Shown here piece after piece: positions 54,940 to 64,000 of a stretch of DNA of 64,000 nucleotides. The notes under the pieces are model-generated. The model worked only from the letters and a program-made list of their open reading frames with translations, was not told the origin of the DNA and did no database searches. Source of the stretch: Patescibacteria group bacterium (GTDB lineage Bacteria; Patescibacteriota; Minisyncoccia; Portnoybacterales; GWB1-42-6); assembly GCA_022709865.1 (NCBI GenBank), contig JAKLIA010000001.1:210740-274739 (forward strand), given 5' to 3'. The position numbers and the translations under genes are program-made. Every line of letters begins with the position of its first letter. Within the stretch, counting starts at the first letter, position 1.

Positions 54940-57534
54940 ATGTCATTTTTTACCAAACTTTTTGGCAACGCCGGCGGCGCCAGCATCGCCAAATATGAAG
55001 CGATCGTAAAAGAAATCAATGAGCTTGAACCGAAGTTCGAGCTTTTTTCGGTTGAGCAATTAAAATCTAAAACTCAGGAGTTTCGGGAGCGTTTGCAAAA
55101 AGGGGAAACGATGGACGAATTGTTGCCTGAAGCTTTTGCGGTGGCGCGCGAGGGAGCTAAGCGCGCTCTAGGCCAGCGGCCGTTTGATGTGCAGCTGATT
55201 GGCGCTATGGCCTTGAATGACGGCAAGATCGCGGAAATGAAAACCGGCGAAGGTAAAACCTTAACTGCTACCTTGGCAATATATTTGAATGCGCTAAACG
55301 GAGAGGGTGTGCACGTGGTCACGGTGAATGATTATCTATCCAAGCGCGACGCCAATTGGATGGGCGCAATTTTTAATTTGCTTGGTCTGAGCGTGGGTTG
55401 CTTACAACACGAAAAATCTTATTTTTATGTGCCGGTAAAACTAGACAAAAACGAAGTGACGGTAGAGATGGCAAACCTAAAAGAAGTGAAACGGCGCGAA
55501 GCTTATGCTGCGGATATTACTTATGGCACGAACAACGAGTTTGGTTTTGATTATTTGCGCGATAATATGGTGGCAGACTTGAACGATATGTCCCAGCGGG
55601 GCCATGCTTTTGCCATCGTGGATGAAGTGGACAGCATCTTGATCGACGAAGCGCGCACGCCTTTAATAATTTCTGCGCCGGATGAAGATTCGGGCAAACT
55701 GTATCAAACTTTTTCCCAAATCGCGCCGCGCTTGGCAGAGAATGAAGATTATAACATTGATGAAAAAATGCGCACGGCCACACTGACCGAAGCAGGAATT
55801 GATAAAGTGGAAAAAATCTTGGGGATGGGGAATATCTATACCGAAGGCGGCATAAAATATGCGCATCACTTAGAGCAAGCTTTGCGCGCCGAGGTTCTTT
55901 TTAAGAGGGATAGAGATTATGTGGTTAAAGATGGCGAAATTATTATCGTTGATGAGTTTACGGGCCGCTTAATGCAGGGTCGGCGCTATAGCGAGGGATT
56001 ACACCAAGCCTTGGAAGCCAAGGAAGGCGTTCCGGTGCAAAAAGAATCGCGGACATTAGCCACTATTACTTTCCAAAATTATTTTCGGTTGTATAAAAAA
56101 TTAGCCGGCATGACCGGCACGGCTTTAAGCTCGGCTGAAGAGTTTGGTAAGGTGTATAAATTAGAGGTAACAGTGGTGCCGACCAATCAGCCACTAGTTC
56201 GCATTGATGAAACCGATAGCGTTTATCGCACCGAAGCCGGAAAGTTCATAGCGGTGGCGCGAGAAATCAAACAACGCCACGAAGCGGGGCAGCCGGTGCT
56301 GGTGGGCACGGTTTCGATCGAAAAAAATGAGCTCTTAAGCCGATTTTTGCAAAAAGAGGGGATTCCGCATGAATTGTTGAACGCCAAGAACCACGAACGC
56401 GAAGCGCAAATTATTGCCAAGGCGGGGCGCCGAGGCGGAGTGACCGTGGCCACTAATATGGCCGGCCGAGGCGTCGACATAATTTTAGGCGGGCGGCCAG
56501 ATGAATATGAAAATAAGGAAGCGTGGCAGGCGGCGCATGATGAAGTAATAAAATTAGGTGGTTTGCATATTTTAGGCACTGAACGCCACGAAGCGCGCCG
56601 GATAGATGACCAGCTGCGGGGGCGAGCAGGGCGGCAAGGAGATGCCGGTTCTTCCCAATTTTTCGTTTCTTTGGAAGACGACCTAATGCGGATTTTTGCG
56701 CCGGATAGAATTAAGAGGTTAATGGAAGCAATGAATCTGCCGGAAGACCAGCCGATAGAAAATAAAATAATTACCCGGGCTATTGAAAGCGCGCAGAGTA
56801 AAATTGAAGGCTTTAATTTTGATACCAGAAAGCATGTTTTGGAATACGATGACGTGATGAATAAACAGCGCGAAACTATTTATCGCAAGCGTAAGGAAGT
56901 TTTGGAAGCGGAAAACCTAAAGGAACAAACGCTGGATATTATTTCGCAGGAAATAGGAAAAATAGTCAGTTTCCATGCGGCGGGTGAATATCGCGAAGAT
57001 TGGAACTTGGAAGAAATGCATGAAGTCGTAAAAAATATTTTTCTTGTGCCAAGCGAGGCACGCCAAAATATGGGCGATGCCAAAACTAAAGAAGATTTAA
57101 TTGATTACCTGGTGAAGTTGGCCAAGGAGGCTTACGCGGCTAAGGAATTAAAAACCGGTGAGCAAAGAATGCGGGAAATCGAAAAAATATTCTATTTGCG
57201 CACGATGGATATGCTTTGGATGGAGCATTTGGACGAGATGAATTATCTGCGAGATTCCGTGCGGCTGCGCGCTTACGGGCAAAAAGACCCGTTGGTGGAA
57301 TATAAAAATGAAAGCATGAGGCTTTTCCAGAGGTTGCTTGGCACCATTCAAACCAGCTTTGTTAACTCTATTTATAAAGTGGAAATAATGAGCGAACGCG
57401 CAGCAGAACAAAAAGAAATTAAAAATATTATCGCTGGCCAAGTGGTTAGCGAAAATAAAAAATCTGAAGTTGGGCGTAACGAGCCGTGCCCTTGCGGGAG
57501 CGGGAAGAAATACAAAAAGTGTTGTGGAAAATAA
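54940..57534 (+). CDS. secA: Preprotein translocase ATPase SecA
   Basis: Canonical SecA N-terminus (FDVQLIGAMALNDGKIAEMKTGEGKTL), DEAD-like motor, and C-terminal zinc finger CPCGSGKKYKKCCG. Confidence 0.95.
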   Translation: MSFFTKLFGNAGGASIAKYEAIVKEINELEPKFELFSVEQLKSKTQEFRERLQKGETMDELLPEAFAVAREGAKRALGQRPFDVQLIGAMALNDGKIAEMKTGEGKTLTATLAIYLNALNGEGVHVVTVNDYLSKRDANWMGAIFNLLGLSVGCLQHEKSYFYVPVKLDKNEVTVEMANLKEVKRREAYAADITYGTNNEFGFDYLRDNMVADLNDMSQRGHAFAIVDEVDSILIDEARTPLIISAPDEDSGKLYQTFSQIAPRLAENEDYNIDEKMRTATLTEAGIDKVEKILGMGNIYTEGGIKYAHHLEQALRAEVLFKRDRDYVVKDGEIIIVDEFTGRLMQGRRYSEGLHQALEAKEGVPVQKESRTLATITFQNYFRLYKKLAGMTGTALSSAEEFGKVYKLEVTVVPTNQPLVRIDETDSVYRTEAGKFIAVAREIKQRHEAGQPVLVGTVSIEKNELLSRFLQKEGIPHELLNAKNHEREAQIIAKAGRRGGVTVATNMAGRGVDIILGGRPDEYENKEAWQAAHDEVIKLGGLHILGTERHEARRIDDQLRGRAGRQGDAGSSQFFVSLEDDLMRIFAPDRIKRLMEAMNLPEDQPIENKIITRAIESAQSKIEGFNFDTRKHVLEYDDVMNKQRETIYRKRKEVLEAENLKEQTLDIISQEIGKIVSFHAAGEYREDWNLEEMHEVVKNIFLVPSEARQNMGDAKTKEDLIDYLVKLAKEAYAAKELKTGEQRMREIEKIFYLRTMDMLWMEHLDEMNYLRDSVRLRAYGQKDPLVEYKNESMRLFQRLLGTIQTSFVNSIYKVEIMSERAAEQKEIKNIIAGQVVSENKKSEVGRNEPCPCGSGKKYKKCCGK

Positions 57535-57541
57535 ATCGAGC

Positions 57542-58153
57542 ATGAAAAATAAAAACTTTGTTTTATTTGATTTTGACGGGGTGATAGTCGATTCTTTTAA
57601 AACAGCTTATGAGGTTAATAAGGCTCTTCATGAAGGAGGAGATTTTCTGGAAGAAGACTATCGCCGGCTTTTTGAAAAGAACATTTTTGACGGTAAGCAC
57701 GCAGAAAAAGCAAAACAATTTTTTGAGCTCTATATTCCCGGCTTTTTAGCTCTTGAGCCAATAAAGGGAGTAAAGGAAGCATTAGGGGAATTAGCTAAAG
57801 AATATAGTCTGATTATTATCTCTTCCACAATTTCAAGCCCGATCAATAGCTGGGTTGAAAAGCATGAAATTGGCAAGTATTTTATTGAAATTATGGGCGC
57901 TGATGTCCATACTAGCAAAGTGGAAAAAATGAAAATGGTGTTTGCTAAATATAATGTTCAGCCGGATGATTGTGTTTTTATTACCGATACCCTGGGCGAT
58001 TTACGGGAAGCAGATACTTTGGGCGTAAAATCTTTGGCAGCAACCTATGGCTTTCATAGCGAAGCGACTCTGGCGAAAGGGAATCCAGCCGGCTTTATAA
58101 AAAACCCGGAGGAGATAATTAGCGAAGTAAAAAAATATTGGAATAAAAAATAA
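57542..58153 (+). CDS. HAD-superfamily hydrolase (phosphatase / beta-phosphoglucomutase-like)
   Basis: FVLFDFDGVIVDS motif I and TDTLGDLREAD motif IV. I moved the start from the track's 57470 to the ATG at 57542, just after the secA stop. Confidence 0.75.
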   Translation: MKNKNFVLFDFDGVIVDSFKTAYEVNKALHEGGDFLEEDYRRLFEKNIFDGKHAEKAKQFFELYIPGFLALEPIKGVKEALGELAKEYSLIIISSTISSPINSWVEKHEIGKYFIEIMGADVHTSKVEKMKMVFAKYNVQPDDCVFITDTLGDLREADTLGVKSLAATYGFHSEATLAKGNPAGFIKNPEEIISEVKKYWNKK

Positions 58154-58157
58154 TTTT

Positions 58158-58658
58158 ATGCCAAACCAAGAACTTCATCGCATTGTTTCCACCGCCATTA
58201 TATATAAGAAAGAGGGTGGGCAGAATAAGTATCTAATCACTAAGCGCAGTCCGCATAAAAAAGTTTTTCCCAATAAGTGGACGGTGCCCGGTGGGGGCTT
58301 GGAAACCGATGATTACACGACTACCTCGCCGACAACCAAGGAAAATCATTGGTATTATGCGCTGGAAACGTCTTTACGGCGGGAAGTTAGGGAAGAAGTT
58401 AATTTAGAGATGGGTTTTGTGAGCTATTTGTTGGATTTGGCTTTTATTAGGCCCGATGGTATTCCGGTCATTACTTTAAGTTTTTATGCGCCATATAAAA
58501 GTGGCGAAGTAAAGCTAGATGAGGATGCCACTGAGTTCATTTGGGCAAGTTATGAGGAATGCCAAAAATATGATTTAATAGATGGAATTATAGAAGAAAT
58601 TAGAATGGTGGAGGAGATTTTAGGAGGAAAAAGGGTTGAGGAGGTAAAGTTTAAATAA
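58158..58658 (+). CDS. NUDIX hydrolase
   Basis: NUDIX box GGGLETDD...ALETSLRREVREEVNL. Confidence 0.7.
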   Translation: MPNQELHRIVSTAIIYKKEGGQNKYLITKRSPHKKVFPNKWTVPGGGLETDDYTTTSPTTKENHWYYALETSLRREVREEVNLEMGFVSYLLDLAFIRPDGIPVITLSFYAPYKSGEVKLDEDATEFIWASYEECQKYDLIDGIIEEIRMVEEILGGKRVEEVKFK

Positions 58659-58679
58659 GCTCTTTTTAAGGAGGCAAAT

Positions 58680-59174
58680 ATGTTTGAGAAAAAACTTTTA
58701 CAGACTTTAGGATTTTTTATCAAAGATGGCAATATTTGGCTGGGGGTTAAAATCGGAGGAAAAGAATTTGGCCGAGGCCGCTTGAATGGCTTTGGCGGCG
58801 ACGTGAATCCAGGCGAGTCAATTGATGCGGGGATGATAAGGGAGCTCAGAGAAGAATCTGGGTTTGAAATTGTTTCTATGGAAAAACGGGCAATAATCCG
58901 ATTCTTCTTTGAAAGTGAGCCGGATAAAGTCCGCGAAGTCCATGTTTTCTGGATTTTTGATTGCCAAGGCGAACCGACAGGCAGCGAAGAAATGACAACA
59001 CAACAATTTTCGTTGGCAGGAATAGGAGGGCTTTTTGACCGGATGTGGCCGAGTGACCGGCTTTGGCTGCCGATGTTCCTTAGCGGAAAGAAGTTTCAGG
59101 GAAGAGTCCTTTATGACAATCCGGAAAATAAAAAGGTTATTGATAAGAAGTTTTGGGAGGTAGAAAGTTTTTAA
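58680..59174 (+). CDS. NUDIX hydrolase
   Basis: NUDIX box GGDVNPGESIDAGMIRELREESG. AGGAGG RBS. Confidence 0.7.
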   Translation: MFEKKLLQTLGFFIKDGNIWLGVKIGGKEFGRGRLNGFGGDVNPGESIDAGMIRELREESGFEIVSMEKRAIIRFFFESEPDKVREVHVFWIFDCQGEPTGSEEMTTQQFSLAGIGGLFDRMWPSDRLWLPMFLSGKKFQGRVLYDNPENKKVIDKKFWEVESF

Positions 59175-59211
59175 TAGGCGGCTGGACTAAGGTTCGGCCG
59201 TTTTTTATTTG

Positions 59212-59240
59212 TTGACAATTTAATATTTTTTGCCTAAGAT
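59212..59240 (+). promoter_or_regulatory. Sigma70-like promoter, TTGACA-17nt-TAAGAT, upstream of secD
   Basis: Read directly: -35 at 59212-59217, -10 at 59235-59240. Confidence 0.3.
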
Positions 59241-59265
59241 GGATTAAAGATAAATTATATCTGTT

Positions 59266-60717
59266 ATGTCGTTTCTTACGGCTTTATTCACTAAACAGAA
59301 AGCATCGCAAACTGCGTGGACCGTGGTGGCGATTTTTTTATTGGCAATTTTTGCCGGTTTTTTGATCTATCCAACAGCCTGGAACAAGCCGGTAGATTGG
59401 CTGAATGCCAAAAAGAACGAATCGGCGGTTCTGAAAAGCTTGCCCAATATTCCGCAATATTTTAATTTGCCGTTCCGGTTAGGATTGGATTTGCAGGGCG
59501 GCACGCATTTGGTCTATGAAGCCGATTTAAGCAGCGTTGAAAAAAGCCAATATACCGAAGCTATGGACGGCGTTCGTGACGTCATCGAGAGGCGCGTGAA
59601 CCTATTTGGCGTGGCCGAACCTTTGGTGCAAGTGGACACGGTGGGCAGTCATTATCGCTTGATAGTTGAATTAGCTGGCATAAAAGACGTTAGCCAGGCA
59701 ATCGCTATGATAGGCGAAACTCCTTCTTTGGATTTTCGTGAAGAGCGGCCAACCGCAGAAACTCAAGCGATAATCGACCGCTACAAGGCTTTGTCGCCGG
59801 AAGAACAAAAAACTTTTTCTGAAGACCCCTATTTTACCCCGACTGCTTTAACCGGAAAATATTTAACAAAATCTCTTTTGGAGTTTGATCCTAATACAAA
59901 TGAGCCGCAAGTGGGTTTGGAGTTCAATGATGAAGGCGCGGCATTGTTTGAAGAGATTACGAGCCGGAACGTGGGCAAGCGGGTGGCAATCTATCTAGAT
60001 GGCGCTCCTATTTCAACACCAACAGTAAACAGCGCGATATCGGGCGGCAAAGCCCAAATTACCGGGAACTTTACTTATGATGAAGCCAAACAATTGGTCC
60101 AGCGTTTAAATGCCGGCGCTTTGCCGGTGCCGATTTCTTTGGTTAGCCAGCAAACTGTTGGCGCTTCTCTTGGCCAGCAATCTTTGCAAAAAAGTTTATT
60201 TGCCGGCTTGATAGGGGTTTTGGCAGTTATGCTATTTATGATCCTTTGGTATCGCTTGCCGGGCTTAATGGCGGTGATAGCTTTGACTATTTATTCGGCG
60301 ATAGTATTAATGATATTTAAGCTGATTCCGGTGACCTTAACTTTGGCGGGCATAGCCGGTTTTATCTTGTCTGTTGGTATGGCGGTGGACGCCAATATTT
60401 TAATATTTGAACGCATGAAGGAAGAGCTGCGCTGGGGCAAATCTTTGGGCGGGGCAATCGATGAAGGGTTTAAGCGCGCCTGGACATCAATTCGAGATTC
60501 CAACGCTTCTTCGTTGATCACTTGTTTAGTCCTCTTTTGGCTAGGGACCAGCATAATCAAGGGGTTCGCTTTGACTTTGGCCATTGGCATTTTGGTGAGC
60601 ATGTTCTCGGCCATATTTATTACCCGCAATTTCTTGAAATTATTTGTGAGCGAAAAAATGGAAAAGCATCTTTGGTGGTTTGGGGTAAGAAAAGCTAAAA
60701 AAGAAACAGATAAATAA
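59266..60717 (+). CDS. secD: Protein translocase subunit SecD
   Basis: N-terminal transmembrane helix, a large periplasmic domain (LGLDLQGGTHLVYE), and the C-terminal 6-TM SecD/SecF domain. Confidence 0.9.
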   Translation: MSFLTALFTKQKASQTAWTVVAIFLLAIFAGFLIYPTAWNKPVDWLNAKKNESAVLKSLPNIPQYFNLPFRLGLDLQGGTHLVYEADLSSVEKSQYTEAMDGVRDVIERRVNLFGVAEPLVQVDTVGSHYRLIVELAGIKDVSQAIAMIGETPSLDFREERPTAETQAIIDRYKALSPEEQKTFSEDPYFTPTALTGKYLTKSLLEFDPNTNEPQVGLEFNDEGAALFEEITSRNVGKRVAIYLDGAPISTPTVNSAISGGKAQITGNFTYDEAKQLVQRLNAGALPVPISLVSQQTVGASLGQQSLQKSLFAGLIGVLAVMLFMILWYRLPGLMAVIALTIYSAIVLMIFKLIPVTLTLAGIAGFILSVGMAVDANILIFERMKEELRWGKSLGGAIDEGFKRAWTSIRDSNASSLITCLVLFWLGTSIIKGFALTLAIGILVSMFSAIFITRNFLKLFVSEKMEKHLWWFGVRKAKKETDK

Positions 60718-60722
60718 GTTAT

Positions 60723-61637
60723 ATGATAAATATCGTTGGTAAAAGAAAAATATACTACACCTTTTCTGTCTTGCTGATCGGCGCGGGGATCTTTAGCATT
60801 GTTTTTTGGGGCTTGCATTTTGGCATTGATTTTAAAGGTGGCTCACTAGTTGAAATCGAGTTCTCTCAAAACAGGCCGGAAATAAACGCAGTTAAAGATA
60901 GCTTAGCCGGGCTTAATTTGGGAGATATAGCGGTCCAGCCGGCGGGGGAAAAAGGCTTTTTGTTGCGCTCCAAGGATTTGGATGAAGGTTCTCACCAGCA
61001 AGTTTTGCGGACCTTAAAGTCTCTGGGTGATTTGGAAGAAAAAAAGTTTGATTCTGTCGGGCCGGTGGTGGGCGAAGAGCTAAAAAGCCGGGCTTATTTG
61101 GCAATTTTGACAGTGCTAATTTTAATTATTATTTATATCGCTTTTGCTTTCCGCAAAGTTTCCCGGCCGGTAGCTTCTTGGAAGTATGGCTTGGCGGCTA
61201 TTATCGCTTTGTTCCATGATATTTTTATTCCAACCGGCATTTTTTCCATTCTTGGGCATTATCTTGGCGTGGAAATAGACTTACTGTTCGTGACGGGCCT
61301 TTTAACGATCTTGGGTTTTTCGGTGCATGATACGATCGTGGTTTTCGACCGGATTCGCGAAAACCTGCGCAAAGGCGTGGGCGACAATTTTGAATCAACG
61401 GTTAATATTAGCATTAACCAAACAATGACCCGTTCTATTAATACTTCTTTAACGGTCTTTTTGGCGCTGCTGGCAATTTTTATTTTTGGCGGCGAAAGCG
61501 TAAAATATTTTTCATTGCTTTTAATGATCGGTGTCTTCTTTGGCACTTATTCTTCTATTTTTGTGGCCAGCTCCCTGTTGGTGTCTTGGGAAGCTTGGCG
61601 CCAGAAGAGAATAGAGAGAAAACTCAACACTCGTTGA
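60723..61637 (+). CDS. secF: Protein translocase subunit SecF
   Basis: GIDFKGGSLVE periplasmic P1 motif and the 6-TM SecD/F domain (VHDTIVVFDRIRENL). Confidence 0.9.
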   Translation: MINIVGKRKIYYTFSVLLIGAGIFSIVFWGLHFGIDFKGGSLVEIEFSQNRPEINAVKDSLAGLNLGDIAVQPAGEKGFLLRSKDLDEGSHQQVLRTLKSLGDLEEKKFDSVGPVVGEELKSRAYLAILTVLILIIIYIAFAFRKVSRPVASWKYGLAAIIALFHDIFIPTGIFSILGHYLGVEIDLLFVTGLLTILGFSVHDTIVVFDRIRENLRKGVGDNFESTVNISINQTMTRSINTSLTVFLALLAIFIFGGESVKYFSLLLMIGVFFGTYSSIFVASSLLVSWEAWRQKRIERKLNTR

Positions 61638-61709
61638 CAGATTATCTAGGGTGTGCTATATTAGGAATATAGTAATTTTTAAGTTTAGCTGTGGAGAGGC
61701 TGGATTTTA

Positions 61710-62783
61710 ATGAAAAACATCCTAGAATTAGTACAAGAAGCTATAGAAATCATCCCAAATGACCGCACAAAAGAGGTAATTGAGCGGCGTTTTGGCTTGC
61801 AAAATGGCCAGCGCCATACCCTGGAAGCCATTGGCCGGGACCATAAAATCACCCGTGAGCGGGTGCGCCAGATCGAAGAAGGCGGATTATCCATTTTAAA
61901 ACAGGCTAAGATCATGGAAAAGTTCCAGCCGGTTTTTAAGGTGGTTGACGAGCATCTAAAAGAGCATGGCGAGCTTAAAAAAGAGCATAAGCTTTATGAC
62001 GATTTGACCTATGTTTGCTTTCCGGTTAAGGATATCGAACGGATAAAGAAAGAGGGCAATTTGTCGGAGCTTGATAAATGCCGTTCAGCTTTTTATTTTA
62101 TTATGTCTTTGGGCGACCAATTTGAACGGTTGCCGGAAAGCGATGATTTTTATTCCGCTTGGACTAATAATAAAAGCGCCATAAAAATTGCCAAAAAGAC
62201 CGTGGATTCATTGGCTAAGCATCTGGAAGGCAAGAAGCAAACTTTGAAAAGAGAAGATCTTTTGTCAGCGGCCAAGATACTGTTCCCGGAGCTTTCAGAA
62301 AATGCTGTCCATTCTTACGTGGATGCTTCCAAGGCTATTGAACAAAATCATTTGGGCCATTTTGGCTTGGTTCATTGGCCAGAAATTAGCCCGCGAGGAG
62401 TTAAGGATAAGGCTTATATTATTTTAAAGAATGCGGCTCGGCCTTTGCATTTTTCTGAGGTGACCGCGGAAATAAACAAATCTCTGCCTTCAAATAAAAA
62501 TGCTTTCGTTCAAACCGTGCATAACGAACTTATCAAGGACCCCAGATTCGTTTTGGTGGGCCGAGGCCTATATGCGCTAGCCGAGTGGGGTTATGAGCCG
62601 GGCACGGTTTCTGAAACCATAATCCAAATACTTAAGAGCGAGAATAAGCCGTTAAGCAAAGAAGAGATAGTTAAAAAGGTGTTGGCTAAGCGGTTGGTTA
62701 AAGAGAACACTATTTTGATCAATTTGCAGAACCGCAAGCTTTTTGAGAAGAATAACGACGGCGCTTATAGCCTGAAGAAATAA
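61710..62783 (+). CDS. Protein with an N-terminal sigma-70 region-4-like HTH and a C-terminal domain of unknown function
   Basis: TKEVIERRFGLQNGQRHTLEAIGRDHKITRERVRQIEEGGL reproduces the sigma70 region 4.2 signature, but at the N-terminus, with no recognisable region 2 downstream. Confidence 0.5.
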   Translation: MKNILELVQEAIEIIPNDRTKEVIERRFGLQNGQRHTLEAIGRDHKITRERVRQIEEGGLSILKQAKIMEKFQPVFKVVDEHLKEHGELKKEHKLYDDLTYVCFPVKDIERIKKEGNLSELDKCRSAFYFIMSLGDQFERLPESDDFYSAWTNNKSAIKIAKKTVDSLAKHLEGKKQTLKREDLLSAAKILFPELSENAVHSYVDASKAIEQNHLGHFGLVHWPEISPRGVKDKAYIILKNAARPLHFSEVTAEINKSLPSNKNAFVQTVHNELIKDPRFVLVGRGLYALAEWGYEPGTVSETIIQILKSENKPLSKEEIVKKVLAKRLVKENTILINLQNRKLFEKNNDGAYSLKK

Positions 62784-62790
62784 TCCTATC

Positions 62791-62825
62791 CTGCCCCGCA
62801 TTTATTGCGGGGCAGTTTGTTTTTG
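62791..62825 (+). terminator. Strong rho-independent terminator
   Basis: Perfect 10-bp stem CTGCCCCGCA-tttat-TGCGGGGCAG followed by TTTGTTTTTG. Confidence 0.7.
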
Positions 62826-62915
62826 AGGTATAATAGGGGTAGAGAATAAAAAACAACCTATCAAAGCGCGCTTTGATAAAAAGCGGGCGAGATAAAGTTT
62901 TTTAATAATACAAAA

Positions 62916-64000
62916 ATGCCGGAGGCTTTTGAGATCTATTTTAATTTTTTGAATTTTTTATTTGGAACCGCTTGGCTATGGCTGCCGATTATTTTGGCGG
63001 TTGTTTTTTTTCAAAGCTGGATGTATTATATCCAGCGTTTCCATTGGGCTGGCCTGGATTGGATATTATTGGAAGTTAAGCCTCCGAAAGAAATTGAGAG
63101 CTCACCAAAGAATATGGAGCAGATCTTTGCGGGACTTTGGGGCGCTTACGGCACAGTAGGTTATAAATATGAAAAATATATTAAAGGTATTTCGCAGGAC
63201 TATTTTAGCTTTGAATTGGTTGGTATCAACGGAGAAGCCCATTTTTATTTGAGGCTTCAAAAAAAGTTTCGCAATCTGGTTGAGGCGCAGATCTATTCCC
63301 AATATCCCCAGGCGGAAATCCGCGAGGTGGAGGATTACGTTTGGAAAGTACCGGCCGATTTGCCAAATAAAAATTGGAATCTTTGGGGCTGCCGTTTGGC
63401 AATGACGGCTCCGGGCCCTTATCGCAGCGCCTATCCCATTAGGACTTATGTTGACTTAATGGATGTTAACAAAACCGATGAGCCGTTTTTTGATCCCTTG
63501 GCCGGGCTAATGGAAGTCTTTGGCAAGTTAAGGCAAGGCGAACAGGTCTGGCTGCAAATCCTCTTCCGGCCGACTGGCGATGGTTGGCAAAAAAAATCCA
63601 GGGCAGTGGCGGATAAATTATTAGGCAAAAAAGAGAAGCCGAAGCCGGAAACCCTTTTTGCTTTAGACAGGCGAACTTGGGCCGAATCCGTTTATGATGT
63701 TGGCTATGAAATGGTCACTGGAAAATTGGCGCCGGAGCGCAATAAAAAGGACAAAAAGGATGAGCCGCCAAGCTTAGCAATGCACCTTTCGCCGGGAGAA
63801 AAGTCTATTATCGAAGCGATTGAAATGAAGGCGAACAAAAAGGGCTTTGAGTCTAAAATTAACTTTGTTTATATCGGCCGTTCAAACGTTTTTACCATGG
63901 CTAATGTTTCCGCGACCATGGGCATAATAGCGCAATTTGCCAATTTAAATATGAACTCTCTTAAGCCTGACGGAAAAATGACCACTAAGGCTTATTATTT
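62916..64000 (+). CDS. Hypothetical membrane-anchored protein, 3'-truncated at the window edge (not in the supplied ORF track)
   Basis: Hand translation of frame 3 from the ATG at 62916 gives an uninterrupted reading frame to position 64000 (MPEAFEIYFNFLNFLFGTAWLWLPIILAVVFFQSW..., with an N-terminal transmembrane helix). The listed 62962-63159 ORF is in a different frame and is short. Confidence 0.45.
   Translation, partial: MPEAFEIYFNFLNFLFGTAWLWLPIILAVVFFQSWMYYIQRFHWAGLDWILLEVKPPKEIESSPKNMEQIFAGLWGAYGTVGYKYEKYIKGISQDYFSFELVGINGEAHFYLRLQKKFRNLVEAQIYSQYPQAEIREVEDYVWKVPADLPNKNWNLWGCRLAMTAPGPYRSAYPIRTYVDLMDVNKTDEPFFDPLAGLMEVFGKLRQGEQVWLQILFRPTGDGWQKKSRAVADKLLGKKEKPKPETLFALDRRTWAESVYDVGYEMVTGKLAPERNKKDKKDEPPSLAMHLSPGEKSIIEAIEMKANKKGFESKINFVYIGRSNVFTMANVSATMGIIAQFANLNMNSLKPDGKMTTKAYY

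Noticed and set aside
57470-57541. The N-terminal extension of the HAD hydrolase ORF overlapping the secA zinc-finger region.
   Set aside because: The HAD motif I (FDFDGV) begins 5 residues after the ATG at 57542, and the extension would overlap secA by 65 nt in another frame.
62962-63159. A 65-aa frame-1 ORF listed in the track.
   Set aside because: It is superseded by the long, uninterrupted frame-3 ORF 62916-64000, which has a transmembrane start and coding-like composition.

Overview
The window is AT-rich and gene-dense, with almost every gene on the + strand and many start/stop overlaps, consistent with a small, streamlined bacterial genome. I infer from the gene content that it may be Patescibacteria/CPR-like, but no rRNA is present to test this.

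Positions 1-36402 form one very large co-directional surface-glycan locus. It contains GT2, GT4 and GT9 glycosyltransferases, GT-C-fold membrane glycosyltransferases, a gmd/DegT pair that predicts GDP-perosamine, seven methyltransferases (two FkbM-type), an ABC exporter with a KpsS/TagF-like protein, and a complete CMP-nonulosonic-acid set (WecB, NeuC, PseB-like dehydratase, NeuB, NeuA).

Inside the nonulosonic-acid part sits an unusual FkbH-like/ACP/AcpS/MaoC/AAC(3)-family module. I read it as a glyceryl-ACP-derived N-acylation route for the nonulosonic acid, which is the most likely undescribed system in the window. This block, together with a 1172-aa secreted protein (phospholipase-C-like domain, lamin-tail domain, PQQ propeller), is bracketed by two recently duplicated B12-binding radical SAM paralogs. 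The second paralog is flanked by a 44-bp direct repeat that carries a terminator hairpin.

Downstream is ordinary core content:
- a 2-oxoacid:ferredoxin oxidoreductase operon and an antisense WbaP-type priming transferase;
- a secreted HExxH protein, murB and hpf;
- a pdaD/DHS-like/speB polyamine operon;
- secA, secD, secF, a HAD hydrolase, two NUDIX hydrolases and a region-4 sigma-like protein;
- a 3'-truncated ORF at 62916-64000 that the ORF track missed.

I found no tRNA, rRNA, CRISPR array, transposase or integrase by eye.
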